The translations under genes were made by a program, and so were the position numbers. The notes beneath the pieces were generated by a model. The model was not told the DNA's origin, did not search any database, and saw only the letters and a list, made by a program, of their open reading frames with translations. From Burkholderiaceae bacterium (GTDB taxonomy: Bacteria; Pseudomonadota; Gammaproteobacteria; Burkholderiales; Burkholderiaceae_D): 64,000 nucleotides of DNA. Location: positions 1,009-65,008 of the forward strand of contig JAGTRJ010000029.1 in assembly GCA_018261755.1 (NCBI GenBank), written 5' to 3'. Below, piece by piece: positions 1 through 10,159 of the stretch; the stretch's first letter is position 1, and every line of letters starts with the position of its first letter.

Positions 1-173
1 TTGACGCTCATCGGCCCGCCGAGCACGATCAGGAAATCGACTTCGGCCAGCGCCGGCAGCAGCGGATCAGCGTAAAACCGGGTCCAGCCGACGGTCGCTC
101 CGCGCGCATCGAGCCACGACTGGATGCTGCCCAGCCCCTCGAACGGCACATGCTGCAAAACGTGTACTTTCAT
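1..173 (-). CDS. Class I (type 1) glutamine amidotransferase, N-terminal part; the gene runs off the left edge
   Basis: Not in the ORF track because there is no stop in the window. The reverse-strand ATG at 173-171 gives MKVHVLQHVPFEGLGSIQSWLDARGATVGWTRFYADPLLPALAEVDFLIVLGGPMSV, a typical GATase1 N-terminus. Confidence 0.6.
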   Translation of the reverse strand, partial: MKVHVLQHVPFEGLGSIQSWLDARGATVGWTRFYADPLLPALAEVDFLIVLGGPMSV

Positions 174-229
174 GCTTCTCTCCAGTGGTGTTAGGTCACG
201 CAGGCTGTTGCAAGGCTCATGCCAGCCCG

Positions 230-1174
230 TCAGGCTTCACCGTGCGCCACCGCCAGCCGCAGATTTTCGATATCGCGCCGAGGCGGCGCGCCAAACAGCC
301 GGCTGTATTCGCGGCTGAACTGCGAAGGGCTTTCATAGCCAACCTGATACGCTGAGCTGGCCGCATCCAGATGCGCATCCAGCATCAATCGCCGCGCTTC
401 GCTCAGGCGCAGCCATTTCTGATACTGCAGCGGGCTCATGCCGGTCAGCTGACGGAAGTGATGGTGAAAAGATGACGAACTCATTTGAACCCGGCCAGAC
501 AGTTCATCAATGCTCAAGGGCGTGCTGTAGTTGAGCTTGAGCCAGTCAATCGCCTTGGCTATGCGGTGACTCTGGCTGCCGACCGAAACAATCTGCCGCA
601 ACCGCGCCGCCTGATCGCTCATCAACAGGCGATAGTAGATTTCCCGCAGGATCAGCGGCGACAGCACCTCGATCGCTTCCGGTTCGTCCAGCAAATCGAG
701 CAGACGCTGGAATGGCTCCAGCACCTGCGGCGTGAGCACACCAATTCCCATGCCGCTGTCGGACAATTTTCCCCGTGGCGAAGGCAGCCCGCTATGCGCG
801 ACCAGCTCGGCCATGACGCGCAAATCCAGCTTCAGCGCCAAACCGAGGCAGGGTTGCGCCGGACTGGCAACGACCACTTCCGAATTCGCAGGCAGTTCAA
901 GCGAGGTGATGAGGGTGTGGCCCGTATCGTAGTCATAGGCATTGCCGCCCAGCCACATCCGCTTTTTCCCCTGAACGACGAGAACGACACTCGGTTCCAC
1001 CAGGCAGATTGCCGGTTCGGTTGGCGCTTCGCGCCGGAAGAAGGTAAGGCTTGCGATCGGGGTTGAACAATCTTCCACCCCGCGCGTCCATCGTTCGATG
1101 ATGGGCACCAGCATCATGTGCAGTTCGACCAGCGGCGGGCGGTGGCGCGGTTGAGTCTGGTCTGGTAATGGCAT
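230..1174 (-). CDS. AraC family transcriptional regulator
   Basis: 314-aa ORF. The C-terminal AraC-type double HTH reads IAKAIDWLKLNYSTPLSIDELSGRVQMSSSSFHHHFRQLTGMSPLQYQKWLRLSEARRLM...VGYESPSQFSREYSRLFGAPP. It is divergent from the alcohol dehydrogenase gene. Confidence 0.9.
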   Translation of the reverse strand: MPLPDQTQPRHRPPLVELHMMLVPIIERWTRGVEDCSTPIASLTFFRREAPTEPAICLVEPSVVLVVQGKKRMWLGGNAYDYDTGHTLITSLELPANSEVVVASPAQPCLGLALKLDLRVMAELVAHSGLPSPRGKLSDSGMGIGVLTPQVLEPFQRLLDLLDEPEAIEVLSPLILREIYYRLLMSDQAARLRQIVSVGSQSHRIAKAIDWLKLNYSTPLSIDELSGRVQMSSSSFHHHFRQLTGMSPLQYQKWLRLSEARRLMLDAHLDAASSAYQVGYESPSQFSREYSRLFGAPPRRDIENLRLAVAHGEA

Positions 1175-1426
1175 GCCGACCTCCAGGGCATTTCATGGCA
1201 ACGAGGCCTCCAATGATGCCAGATTACGCGCCTGAAATCCTCTCGCTCGTCGGATTAGGCAAGATATCCGCAGGATTGTTCTATTGGATTTGTTTCGTCT
1301 TCGGGAAAATAGGCATCGGCAGTCATCATCCTGCAGCGCGGAGCTGGCAGGCTCATGCCGTCTGGCACCATGCCATGACCGGCAAACCCCGCTCCGAAGC
1401 GGCACACCACAAGCGGAAGGAACATC

Positions 1427-2575
1427 ATGGAAAATTTTACCTTTTTTAATCCGACCCAAATCGAATTCGGGATCGACAAGGAAAAGCAGATCGGCCAGAT
1501 TCTGGCGCAATCCGGCGTTAAAAAAGTCTTGCTCTGTTATGGCAGCGAGCGCATCAAGCGCGAAGGCCTTTTTGCCATCGTGAGCGGCAGTCTGGCGGAG
1601 CAAGGCATCGAATGGGTCGAGCTGGGCGGCATCATCAGCAACCCGGTCATCTCGAAGGTGCGCGAAGCCATTTCACTGGCACGCTCGCACCGGGTCGATG
1701 CCATCCTGAGCGTGGGCGGCGGTTCCGTGCTCGACAGCGCCAAGGCGATTGCAGCCGGCGTCAATTACGACGGCGATGTGTGGGATTTGTTTGTCGGCAA
1801 GGCCGACATCGAGTCCGCGCTGCCGCTATTCGATATTCTGACGCTGGCCGCCACCGGCAGCGAAATGAACTGCGGCGCCGTGGTCACGAATGAAGCCACG
1901 AAGGAAAAGTTTTTCATCTCGGCGCCGGCCATCTTCCCCAAGGTTTCGATTGTCAATCCGGCGCTGATGCAAGGCGTATCGCGGGACTATCTGGTGTATT
2001 CCGCCTCGGACGTGATCGCGCATGTGATCGAGGTCTATTTCACCGCGAGCACGTATCCCGCGCTGCTGTCGCGGCTGGTCGAATCGATCATCAATACGGT
2101 CATCGAAACAACCGAGGCGCTGCTTGCCAACCCGGCGGACTATGACGCCCGCGGCCAGTTCGCCTGGGCCTCGACGCTGGCCTTGAACGGCCTGACGTCT
2201 TCCGGCGCCGGCGCCTTCAGCTATCCCAACCACGCGATCGAACACTCGCTCTCGGCCCTGTTCAATGTGCCGCATGGCGCCGGTCTTTCGGTCGTGATGC
2301 CGGCGTGGATGAAGTGGTATTCCAGCCGTAATCCAGCCCAGTTCGCGCGTTTCGCCAAAAACGTGTTTGGCGTCGATAGCGGCGAGAAAGGCATCGCCGC
2401 GCTGGAAGCGTGGTTCAACCAGATTGGCACGCCCACGCGCCTGTCGCAGTTGGGAATCAAGGCAGCGGATTTGCCTGCCATCGTTGAAAACGCGGTGGGA
2501 AATGCCCACGGCTTCGGCATCGCGGACATCTATACCCGCGACGTCATCAATGCCATTCTGACCGCGGCCTTGTAG
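1427..2575 (+). CDS. Iron-containing (group III) alcohol dehydrogenase, butanol dehydrogenase/YqhD-like
   Basis: 382-aa ORF with Fe-ADH hallmarks: GGGSVLDSAKAIA, the LTLAATGSEMN motif, and the metal-binding His region SDVIAHVIE...HAIEHSLSALFNVPHGAGLS. Confidence 0.9.
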   Translation: MENFTFFNPTQIEFGIDKEKQIGQILAQSGVKKVLLCYGSERIKREGLFAIVSGSLAEQGIEWVELGGIISNPVISKVREAISLARSHRVDAILSVGGGSVLDSAKAIAAGVNYDGDVWDLFVGKADIESALPLFDILTLAATGSEMNCGAVVTNEATKEKFFISAPAIFPKVSIVNPALMQGVSRDYLVYSASDVIAHVIEVYFTASTYPALLSRLVESIINTVIETTEALLANPADYDARGQFAWASTLALNGLTSSGAGAFSYPNHAIEHSLSALFNVPHGAGLSVVMPAWMKWYSSRNPAQFARFAKNVFGVDSGEKGIAALEAWFNQIGTPTRLSQLGIKAADLPAIVENAVGNAHGFGIADIYTRDVINAILTAAL

Positions 2576-2666
2576 CCAAGCCGGATGTGCGCGAGGCGCT
2601 GATTTGCCGGGGCTGCCATTCTTGATGCCCCGGCAAAATAGCTTGCGCCCACCATGCGGCAGCGCG

Positions 2667-3449
2667 CTAAACCAGCCGGTCGTAGCTGACGGTCAGCGGC
2701 GCATGGTCTGAAAAACGTTGCTCCTTGAACACGCTGGCCGTTTGTGCGCTGGCGGCCATGCCCTGTGTGGCCACCTGATAATCGATGCGCCAACCGACGT
2801 TGTTGGCCCATGCCTGGCCGCGATTGCTCCACCAGGTGTACGCTTCGCCGGTCGCCTCCGGATGCAGCCGGCGATAGACATCGACCCAGCCGAGGCCATC
2901 GAACACCTGCGTCATCCACGCACGCTCCTCCGGCAGGAAGCCGGAATTCTTCTGGTTGCTTTTCCAGTTCTTCAGATCGATTTCCTTGTGCGCGATGTTC
3001 CAGTCGCCGCACACCACCACGTCGCGCCCGCTGGCCATCAATTGCGCCAGATGCGGCAGAAACGCATCCATGAAACGAAACTTGGCTTCCTGCCGCTCGG
3101 GCGAGGATGAGCCGGACGGCGCATACAGCGAAACCACCGACAGTTGGCCGAAATCGCAGCGCACGTAGCGGCCTTCGGCATCGAATTCTCCGCCATCAAA
3201 ACCGATCTGCACCGCATCCGGCTCGACCCGGCTGTACAGCCCGACGCCGGAATAGCCTTTCTTTTCGGCATAGTGGAAATGGCCGTGATAGCCGGCTGGG
3301 GCGAGGAATTCCGGCGTCATGTCGGCCGCCTGCGCCTTCAGTTCCTGCACGCACACGATGTCGGCCTGCTGCGCGCCCATCCAGTCGAAAAAGCCCTTGC
3401 GCGCGGCGGAGCGGATGCCATTGAGGTTGGCGGTAATGATTTTTTTCAT
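2667..3449 (-). CDS. xthA: Exodeoxyribonuclease III
   Basis: The ORF at 2667..3467 contains MKKIITANLNGIRSAARKGFFDWM...DIVCVQELKA...WNIAH..DL...SDHAPL. The likely start is the ATG at 3449 (MKKII). Confidence 0.9.
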   Translation of the reverse strand: MKKIITANLNGIRSAARKGFFDWMGAQQADIVCVQELKAQAADMTPEFLAPAGYHGHFHYAEKKGYSGVGLYSRVEPDAVQIGFDGGEFDAEGRYVRCDFGQLSVVSLYAPSGSSSPERQEAKFRFMDAFLPHLAQLMASGRDVVVCGDWNIAHKEIDLKNWKSNQKNSGFLPEERAWMTQVFDGLGWVDVYRRLHPEATGEAYTWWSNRGQAWANNVGWRIDYQVATQGMAASAQTASVFKEQRFSDHAPLTVSYDRLV

Positions 3450-3533
3450 GCCGGCATTATCCAGCACGTAGCGTAAATCGCGCTACCATCCGCGCTACAA
3501 TGGCGCTTTGATTTTCGATCTTCGAGGTTCATC

Positions 3534-4199
3534 TTGAGCAAGCTGCAACAGGAATTCATCCAGTTTTCAGTCGACGCCGGCGTGCTGCGTTTCGGCGAAT
3601 TCATCACCAAAGCTGGGCGCAAGTCGCCTTATTTCTTCAACGCCGGTCTGTTCAACGACGGCGCCACGCTCGGCCGGCTGGCCGGTTTCTACGCGCAGGC
3701 GCTGCTCGATTCCGGGGTTGAGTTCGACATGCTGTTCGGCCCGGCGTACAAGGGCATCACGCTCGCCGCTGCCACTTCGGTCGCGCTGGCGGGCAAGGGA
3801 CGCAACGCGCCGTTCGCCTACAACCGCAAGGAAGCGAAGGACCACGGCGAAGGCGGCACCACCGTCGGCGCGAAGCTGCAGGGCAGGGTGGTGATTGTCG
3901 ATGACGTGATTTCAGCGGGCACTTCGGTCGGCGAATCGGTCGAAATCATCCGCGCCGCCGGCGCCACGCCATGCGCGGTGCTGATCGCGCTCGATCGGAT
4001 GGAGCGTTCGGGCAAGGATGATGCGCTGTCGGCCAATTCGGCGGTGCAGGAAGTGAGCAAGCTGTATAACATGCCGGTGATCCCGATCGCCAACCTGAAC
4101 GACCTGATGGGCTACCTGTCCGGCTCCGGCGCGGGCGCGGAACTGGCGCAATACAAGGAGGCGGTGGCCGCCTACCGGCAGAAATACGGCGTAGCATGA
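3534..4199 (+). CDS. pyrE: Orotate phosphoribosyltransferase
   Basis: 221-aa ORF with a TTG start. It has the FGEFITKAGRKSPYFFNAGLF and PRPP-binding VVIVDDVISAGTS motifs. Confidence 0.93.
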   Translation: MSKLQQEFIQFSVDAGVLRFGEFITKAGRKSPYFFNAGLFNDGATLGRLAGFYAQALLDSGVEFDMLFGPAYKGITLAAATSVALAGKGRNAPFAYNRKEAKDHGEGGTTVGAKLQGRVVIVDDVISAGTSVGESVEIIRAAGATPCAVLIALDRMERSGKDDALSANSAVQEVSKLYNMPVIPIANLNDLMGYLSGSGAGAELAQYKEAVAAYRQKYGVA

Positions 4200-4220
4200 C
4201 GATTTGAGGCTTGACTTGCG

Positions 4221-4341
4221 GGGGTATACCATCAAAACACCCCGCCAGGCCTCGTTTTTGCTGGCTGTTTAAAAATACTGCCTGGAGTATATTTTTCAGC
4301 CTTATTTCACTCAAACGCCGTTTGGGTCAGTTATTTTGGCC
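4221..4341 (-). repeat. Full-length copy of the dispersed ~120-nt palindromic intergenic element (copy R1)
   Basis: The reverse complement reads GGCCAAAATAACTGACC...AATAAGGCTGAAAAATATACTCCAGGCAGTATTTTTAAACAGCCAGCAAAAACGAGGCCTGGCGGGGTGTTTTGATGGTATACCCC. It aligns along its whole length with the copies at 36240, 27981 and 25302. It lies between the convergent pyrE and parB stops. Confidence 0.85.
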
Positions 4342-4410
4342 TTGCCGGCCTCGGATGGCATTTTCCGTCGCTGCCGCAGCCAGCTCACGCTTTGCCAGCC
4401 AGCGCCGACA

Positions 4411-5292
4411 TCATCCCTTCAGTTTGGCAATTACGCCATCGAGTACATCCAGGTTGGCGAAGTCGATGATCATCTGGCCGCTGCCTTTCGCGCCGACCTT
4501 GAATGACACAGTGGTCGCCAGCAGGTCGGACAATTCCTGTTCGAGGTTGGCGATGTCGCCCGATTTTTCCTTTTGCCGCTTGCGGTTCGCGGCCGATTTG
4601 TCGCTCAGGCTTTTGGTCACCAGCTTTTCCGCTTCGCGCACCGACATCCGCTTGGCCACCACCTGGCTCGCGAGCGTGATTTGCATCGCGCTGTCCGCCG
4701 CCAGCAGCGCGCGCGCGTGGCCCATGTCGATGTCACCGGCCATCAGCATCGTCTGCACCGGCTTGACCAGATTCAGCAGACGCAGCAGGTTCGACACCGC
4801 GCTACGCGAGCGGCCGACCGCGGTCGCCGCCTGCTCGTGCGTGAAGCTGAAATCGGTGATCAGCCGGTGGATGCCTTGCGCTTCTTCCAGCGGATTCAGG
4901 TCTTCGCGCTGGATGTTTTCAATCAGCGCCATCGCGGCCGCGGTCTGGTCGTCCACTTCCTTCACCAGCACCGGCATGTCGGCCAGCCCGGCCAGTTGCG
5001 CCGCGCGGAAACGGCGTTCGCCGGCGATGATTTCATACGCGTCGGCGCCATTCTTTTGCCCCAGCGGACGCACCAGAATCGGCTGCATCACGCCTTGTTC
5101 GCGGATCGAGGCCGCCAGCTCGTTTAACGCGCCTTCATCCATCCTGGTTCGCGGCTGGTAACGGCCAGCCTGCAACTGCGTCATCGGCAGCGTGGTGGTG
5201 GTGCCTTGCACTGCCGCTTCGGCAAATTCCGCCGGACCGCCCAGCAGCGCATCCAGCCCGCGTCCCAGCCCTTTTTGTTTTTTGGTCGCCAT
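4411..5292 (-). CDS. parB: Chromosome partitioning protein ParB
   Basis: The ORF at 4411..5310 has a GTG at 5310. The more likely start is the ATG at 5292, giving MATKKQKGLGRGLDALL. ParB box IENIQREDLNPLEEA, plus GERRFRAA. Confidence 0.92.
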   Translation of the reverse strand: MATKKQKGLGRGLDALLGGPAEFAEAAVQGTTTTLPMTQLQAGRYQPRTRMDEGALNELAASIREQGVMQPILVRPLGQKNGADAYEIIAGERRFRAAQLAGLADMPVLVKEVDDQTAAAMALIENIQREDLNPLEEAQGIHRLITDFSFTHEQAATAVGRSRSAVSNLLRLLNLVKPVQTMLMAGDIDMGHARALLAADSAMQITLASQVVAKRMSVREAEKLVTKSLSDKSAANRKRQKEKSGDIANLEQELSDLLATTVSFKVGAKGSGQMIIDFANLDVLDGVIAKLKG

Positions 5293-5306
5293 TCGCTTTT
5301 CCCTGT

Positions 5307-6077
5307 TCACATGTTCTTGATTCGTTCCAGCATTTCGGCGCCGAATTCGATGTAGGCTTTCGCGCCGCGCGAAGCAGGGTCGAAGCTGACGCCCGGCATG
5401 CCGTACGAGGGCGCTTCAGCCAGCCGCACATTGCGCGGAATGATGGTTTTGAACACCTTGTCGCCAAAATGCTGTTCGAGCTGGGCCGATACCTGCTGCG
5501 ACAGTGTGATGCGCGGGTCGAACATCACCCGCAGCAGCCCGATGAGCTGCAATTCGCGGTTCAGGTTCGCATGCACCTTTTTGATCGTGTTCACCAGATC
5601 GGACAAGCCTTCGAGCGCGTAATATTCGCACTGCATCGGGATGATCACGCCATGCGCGGCGCACAGGCCGTTCAGGGTCAACATCGACAATGCCGGCGGG
5701 CAGTCGATCAGCACGAAATCGTAGTCGGCACTCACTTCGGCCAAGGCTTCCTTCAGCCGCGCCTCGCGCCGTTCCAGATCGACCATTTCGACTTCGGCCC
5801 CGGCCAGTTCACGGTTCGACGGCAAGACATCAAAACCGCCGGATTCCGATAGCTGGCGCGCGCCGGGAATGTTGCGCGTGCCCAGCAGCACCTGATAGGT
5901 AGAAGCCGACAGGCCGGACTTGTCGATGCCCGCGCCCATGGTGGCATTGCCTTGCGGATCGAGGTCAACCAGCAACACGCGCTGCTGCAATCTTGCCAGA
6001 CCGGCGGCGAGATTGACGGTGGTGGTAGTTTTACCGACGCCGCCTTTCTGGTTGGCGACACAGAAGATTTTGGCCAT
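5307..6077 (-). CDS. parA: Chromosome partitioning ATPase ParA/Soj
   Basis: 256-aa ORF with the deviant Walker A motif ANQKGGVGKTTT and LLVDLDPQGNAT. Confidence 0.93.
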   Translation of the reverse strand: MAKIFCVANQKGGVGKTTTTVNLAAGLARLQQRVLLVDLDPQGNATMGAGIDKSGLSASTYQVLLGTRNIPGARQLSESGGFDVLPSNRELAGAEVEMVDLERREARLKEALAEVSADYDFVLIDCPPALSMLTLNGLCAAHGVIIPMQCEYYALEGLSDLVNTIKKVHANLNRELQLIGLLRVMFDPRITLSQQVSAQLEQHFGDKVFKTIIPRNVRLAEAPSYGMPGVSFDPASRGAKAYIEFGAEMLERIKNM

Positions 6078-6083
6078 GTGAAA

Positions 6084-6713
6084 TCAGTTGAACGAGAGTT
6101 TGATGCCGAATCCAATCAGGAAAAAACCGGCCGCTTTTGCTGCAAAACCGGTGATGCGCCGATTACGCGCAAGCCGTTTGGCAACGGTGTTGCCAACCAG
6201 CACCAGCATGCTGACATACAGCAGCGTGCAGGTCGAAATGATGGCCGCCATCAGCATGAAAGTCATGCTGCCACGGTGCTGTGCCGGGTCGATGAACAAC
6301 GGAAAAAACGCCATATAAAACACTATCGCCTTTGGATTGATGAGCGTCACCAGGAAACCGCGGCGGAAATCCGCCATGTCATCGAACGGCACCGCCGCCG
6401 CCGGTGTCTGGCTGTTATTCAGCAACAGTTTCAACCCAACATAGACCAGATAGGCAGCGCCCAGATACTGCACCGCCTGAAACAGCAGCGGGTGCGCCTG
6501 CAGCAGCGCCGCCACGCCGATTGCTGCCATCAGCATCAGCACTGCGTCGCCGAGCATCAAGCCGGCACAGGCGGCAAAACCGCCGCGAAGACCGTGCTGG
6601 CCGGTGCAGGTCAGCACGCAAAATGTACCCGGTCCCGGCAGCATCAGAAATATCATGGCGGCAATAACCAGTTGCCACACGTCTGTTATGCCATAAAAGG
6701 GTAATGACATCAT
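6084..6713 (-). CDS. LysE/RhtB family amino-acid exporter
   Basis: 209-aa polytopic membrane ORF with N-terminal LMLPGPGTF and LINPKAIVFYMAFFPLFI, both typical of the LysE family. Confidence 0.8.
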   Translation of the reverse strand: MMSLPFYGITDVWQLVIAAMIFLMLPGPGTFCVLTCTGQHGLRGGFAACAGLMLGDAVLMLMAAIGVAALLQAHPLLFQAVQYLGAAYLVYVGLKLLLNNSQTPAAAVPFDDMADFRRGFLVTLINPKAIVFYMAFFPLFIDPAQHRGSMTFMLMAAIISTCTLLYVSMLVLVGNTVAKRLARNRRITGFAAKAAGFFLIGFGIKLSFN

Positions 6714-7300
6714 TGCTTTCCAACCTCGGCGGAAGCCTTCAGCACATTAGCGGGCAATCGCTGCTGGGTCTTGACCAGCTTCGTTACGTCAAACCCCTGT
6801 TTGGCCGCTTGCTGCACTGCCTGCTGGTAAACCGGTTCGGGCAGGGTAGGCGTGCGCGCCAGCAGCCACAGAAATTCACGGCTAGGATCGCCGACGACCG
6901 AATAAGAATAATCCGGCGCCAACGCAATGATCCAGTAATTGCCCCAGACTCGCGGCAACCATGACAGCCAGGCCGGCACAAACCGGACTTTCAATTTTGC
7001 ATTGCTGGCCGGATCCACAATCACCGCCTGGCCCACTGCCTGTTCAAACGTATTGTCCGCCTTTCTGCACCGATTCACGACTTCCAGCGAGCCATCATCG
7101 AGCTTGCGGTAGTCGGCCGAAACATCGCCGGCGCATTTGGTTTGAAACCAAGTGGGGAAACGTGCCACCTCGTACCACTTTCCTGCATAACGGTCGACAT
7201 CGACCGACGCTACCGTGGCAACTTCGGTTGTAGACGGTTGTGCCTGCACAGCCGCAGCCAGCAGCAACATCATGACCAACGGCAGGAATCGGTGTCTCAT
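6710..7300 (-). CDS. blc: Bacterial lipocalin (Blc-like outer-membrane lipoprotein)
   Basis: 196-aa ORF with a signal peptide, then the lipocalin signature [21 protein letters not shown] and [31 protein letters not shown]. Confidence 0.85.
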   Translation of the reverse strand: MRHRFLPLVMMLLLAAAVQAQPSTTEVATVASVDVDRYAGKWYEVARFPTWFQTKCAGDVSADYRKLDDGSLEVVNRCRKADNTFEQAVGQAVIVDPASNAKLKVRFVPAWLSWLPRVWGNYWIIALAPDYSYSVVGDPSREFLWLLARTPTLPEPVYQQAVQQAAKQGFDVTKLVKTQQRLPANVLKASAEVGKQ

Positions 7301-7947
7301 GTTTTTTCCCGAATCAGGAATATCAAATGTCGTTCGGCCTGCAAGGCTGGCACCGTTACCGGCCTGATTTCAGCCACTTTCCAGCCAGCCGGCAAAGCCA
7401 CGATTTCATCTTCCGGCACGACGCCCTTGAGCGCAATGAAGCAGCCGCCGGGCGCGAGCAGATGTGATGACAGCGAAACGAAATCCGCTAGGCTGGCAAA
7501 TGCGCGCGACGTGATCGCGTCGAATTTTTCCTCCGCCGGCAGTGTTTCGACCCTGCCAGCATGCACTGTAACATTGGCCAGCCCCAGTTCGGCTTTTGCC
7601 TGCGTCAAAAACGCTGTTTTTTTCTGCACTGTGTCAATCAGCGACACTTTCATTTCTGGCCGCGCAATCGCCAACACGATGCCGGGCAGACCGCCGCCAG
7701 AACCGACATCCAGCACCGATTTCACCTGTGCGAATGCCGGCACGACCGCGAGCGAATCGAGCAGGTGCTGCGCCACCATCTGTTCCGGATTGCGCACCGC
7801 AGTCAGGTTGTACACGCCATTCCACTTCGATAGCAACGCCAGATAATCGAGCAGTTTTTCCTGCTGCGCATCGGCCAGCGCAAACGGCAATTGTGCAATG
7901 CCATCAGCCAGCAGGCGTGTCAGGGCAGGGCGATCAAATCGGTTCAT
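7297..7947 (-). CDS. rsmG: 16S rRNA (guanine527-N7)-methyltransferase
   Basis: 216-aa ORF with [13 protein letters not shown] and the SAM motif [17 protein letters not shown]. It lies directly downstream of mnmG with a 4-nt overlap. Confidence 0.92.
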   Translation of the reverse strand: MNRFDRPALTRLLADGIAQLPFALADAQQEKLLDYLALLSKWNGVYNLTAVRNPEQMVAQHLLDSLAVVPAFAQVKSVLDVGSGGGLPGIVLAIARPEMKVSLIDTVQKKTAFLTQAKAELGLANVTVHAGRVETLPAEEKFDAITSRAFASLADFVSLSSHLLAPGGCFIALKGVVPEDEIVALPAGWKVAEIRPVTVPALQAERHLIFLIREKT

Positions 7948-9866
7948 TTGTTTCCTTCCTGCATGAAGCCGACCCAGTTGCGTTTTTTCAGATACACCAG
8001 CAGCAGCGAAATCGCCGCCGGCGTGATGCCGGATATGCGCGATGCCTGCCCCAGCGTTTGCGGCCGCTGCTGCGCCAGCTTTTGCCGCACCTCGATCGAC
8101 AGCGCCGCCACGTCGGCATAATCGAGAGCGTCCGGCAGCAGCATGTTTTCGAAATTGCGGTGCCGCTCTATTTCCTTCGCCTGCCGTTCGATGTAACCGG
8201 CGTATTTAATCTGTATTTCAACCTGTTCGCGCACATCGGCTTCCGGTTCGCCCGGCCCGCCGAGATTGTGGCCATCGACACCGGTCAGCGTCAGCAGCTG
8301 GTCGTAACGTACGTTGGGCCGGGTCAGCAGCTCGGCCAGCGCATATTCATGGTCGATATTCTTGCCCAGCACCCGCTCGGCTTCGGCCGCAGCGATGATG
8401 TTCGGATTGACCCAGGTTGATTTCAGCCGTTCGATTTCACGTGAAACAGCATCTCGCTTGCGGCTGAATCGGTCCCACTGCTGATCGCCGACGCAACCGA
8501 GCTTGCGCCCGATTTCGGTCAGCCGCATGTCAGCGTTATCCTCGCGCAAACTCAAACGGTATTCAGCCCGGCTAGTAAACATGCGGTATGGTTCGGTCAC
8601 GCCCTGCGTCACCAGATCATCAACCATCACCCCCAAATAAGCTTCGTTGCGGAGTGGCGTCCATGCTTCTTTTTCCTGCGCCAGCAATGCCGCGTTGATG
8701 CCGGCCAGCATCCCTTGTGCCGCCGCTTCTTCGTAGCCGGTGGTGCCGTTGATCTGGCCGGCAAAGAACAAGCCTTGTATCTGTTTCGTTTCCAACGAGG
8801 CTTTCAAGCCGCGCGGATCGAAGTAATCGTATTCGATCGCATAACCCGGACGCAGGATATGCGCATTTTCCAGCCCGACCATCGAATGCACGATATCGAG
8901 CTGCATATCAAACGGCAGGCTGGTCGAGATGCCGTTCGGATAGTATTCATGTGTGGTCAGCCCTTCCGGCTCAAGAAAAATCTGGTGCGAATCCTTGCTG
9001 GAAAAACGGTGGATCTTGTCTTCAATCGACGGGCAGTAACGCGGGCCGACACCTTCAATCACGCCGGTAAACATCGGGCTACGATCAAGGCCACCACGAA
9101 TAATGTCGTGCGTATGCGCATTGGTGTGCGTAATCCAGCACGGCATTTGCTTCGGATGCATGTGCACATTACCCATGACGGAAAATACCGGTACGGGATC
9201 AAGGTCGCCAGCCTGTTCTTCCATCCTGGAAAAATCAATCGAGCGCCCATCTATCCTTGGCGGCGTACCTGTTTTCAATCGGCCTTGTGGCAGCCTGAGT
9301 TCCTTCAACCTGTGCGACAAACCAACCGCTGGCGGATCACCCGCTCGACCGCCAGGATAATTATTCAAGCCAACGTGGATTTTTCCATCTAGGAAAGTGC
9401 CGGCTGTCAGCACCACTGTTTTGCCACTGAAAATGATGCCGGCCTGAGTCACAGCGGCCGTAACCCGATCGCCATCGAACAGCAAGTCTTCCACCGCCTG
9501 CTGGAATAGCCACAGGTTTGGCTGGTTTTCCAGACGACCACGGATGGACTGCCGATACAGCACGCGGTCTATCTGCGCCCGGGTCGCGCGCACCGCTGGC
9601 CCTTTGGATGAATTCAGGATGCGGAACTGGATGCCGGCTTCATCTGCCGCAATCGCCATTGCACCCCCCATTGCATCCACTTCCTTAACCAGATGCCCCT
9701 TGCCGATACCGCCAATCGACGGATTGCACGACATCTGCCCCAGGGTTTCCAGGCTATGGGTCAACAACAGGGTTTGAAGACCCATACGAGCGGCTGCCAG
9801 TGCGGCTTCTGTTCCTGCATGTCCACCGCCAATGACGATGACATCAAATGTAATTGGATATTGCAT
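7944..9866 (-). CDS. mnmG: tRNA uridine 5-carboxymethylaminomethyl modification enzyme MnmG (GidA)
   Basis: 640-aa ORF with the FAD motif [22 protein letters not shown], then [20 protein letters not shown] and [19 protein letters not shown]. Confidence 0.96.
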   Translation of the reverse strand: MQYPITFDVIVIGGGHAGTEAALAAARMGLQTLLLTHSLETLGQMSCNPSIGGIGKGHLVKEVDAMGGAMAIAADEAGIQFRILNSSKGPAVRATRAQIDRVLYRQSIRGRLENQPNLWLFQQAVEDLLFDGDRVTAAVTQAGIIFSGKTVVLTAGTFLDGKIHVGLNNYPGGRAGDPPAVGLSHRLKELRLPQGRLKTGTPPRIDGRSIDFSRMEEQAGDLDPVPVFSVMGNVHMHPKQMPCWITHTNAHTHDIIRGGLDRSPMFTGVIEGVGPRYCPSIEDKIHRFSSKDSHQIFLEPEGLTTHEYYPNGISTSLPFDMQLDIVHSMVGLENAHILRPGYAIEYDYFDPRGLKASLETKQIQGLFFAGQINGTTGYEEAAAQGMLAGINAALLAQEKEAWTPLRNEAYLGVMVDDLVTQGVTEPYRMFTSRAEYRLSLREDNADMRLTEIGRKLGCVGDQQWDRFSRKRDAVSREIERLKSTWVNPNIIAAAEAERVLGKNIDHEYALAELLTRPNVRYDQLLTLTGVDGHNLGGPGEPEADVREQVEIQIKYAGYIERQAKEIERHRNFENMLLPDALDYADVAALSIEVRQKLAQQRPQTLGQASRISGITPAAISLLLVYLKKRNWVGFMQEGNK

Positions 9867-9956
9867 TCACTTCTTTAGCAAATCTACAGGAGGCGAATTA
9901 TAAAACCATTCCAGCAAACCTGTTTTCTGTTTCACGTGAAACGTTGTGAACAGCTT

Positions 9957-10098
9957 TGTGGATATCCTCTTAACTATATGTGCCTTACCACCGAAAAGCG
10001 GCAGGCTCAATTTTTGTCCAACTTCGAGCATGAAAATTTACATCGCTTATGCGGTTCTCATCATGTTGAAATTCAACGGAATATTCAGGTTATCCACC
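9957..10098. promoter_or_regulatory. Two near-consensus DnaA-box-like 9-mers in the AT-rich mnmG-pyrC spacer
   Basis: TGTGGATAT at 9957-9965 and TTATCCACC at 10090-10098. Each is one mismatch from TTATCCACA/TGTGGATAA. An AT-rich tract follows at 10120-10160. Confidence 0.3.
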
Positions 10099-10159
10099 AA
10101 AACTGCCGCGTATCATCATCAATTTCTATATATAAAAAACATTAATAACCAATAACGAC

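Noticed and set aside
2603-2637. A perfect 10-bp hairpin TTTGCCGGGG...CCCCGGCAAA between the convergent ADH and xthA genes, considered as a terminator.
   Set aside because: In both reading directions the T-run precedes the stem rather than following it, so it is not a canonical intrinsic terminator. It may still be a structural element, but I cannot support a call.
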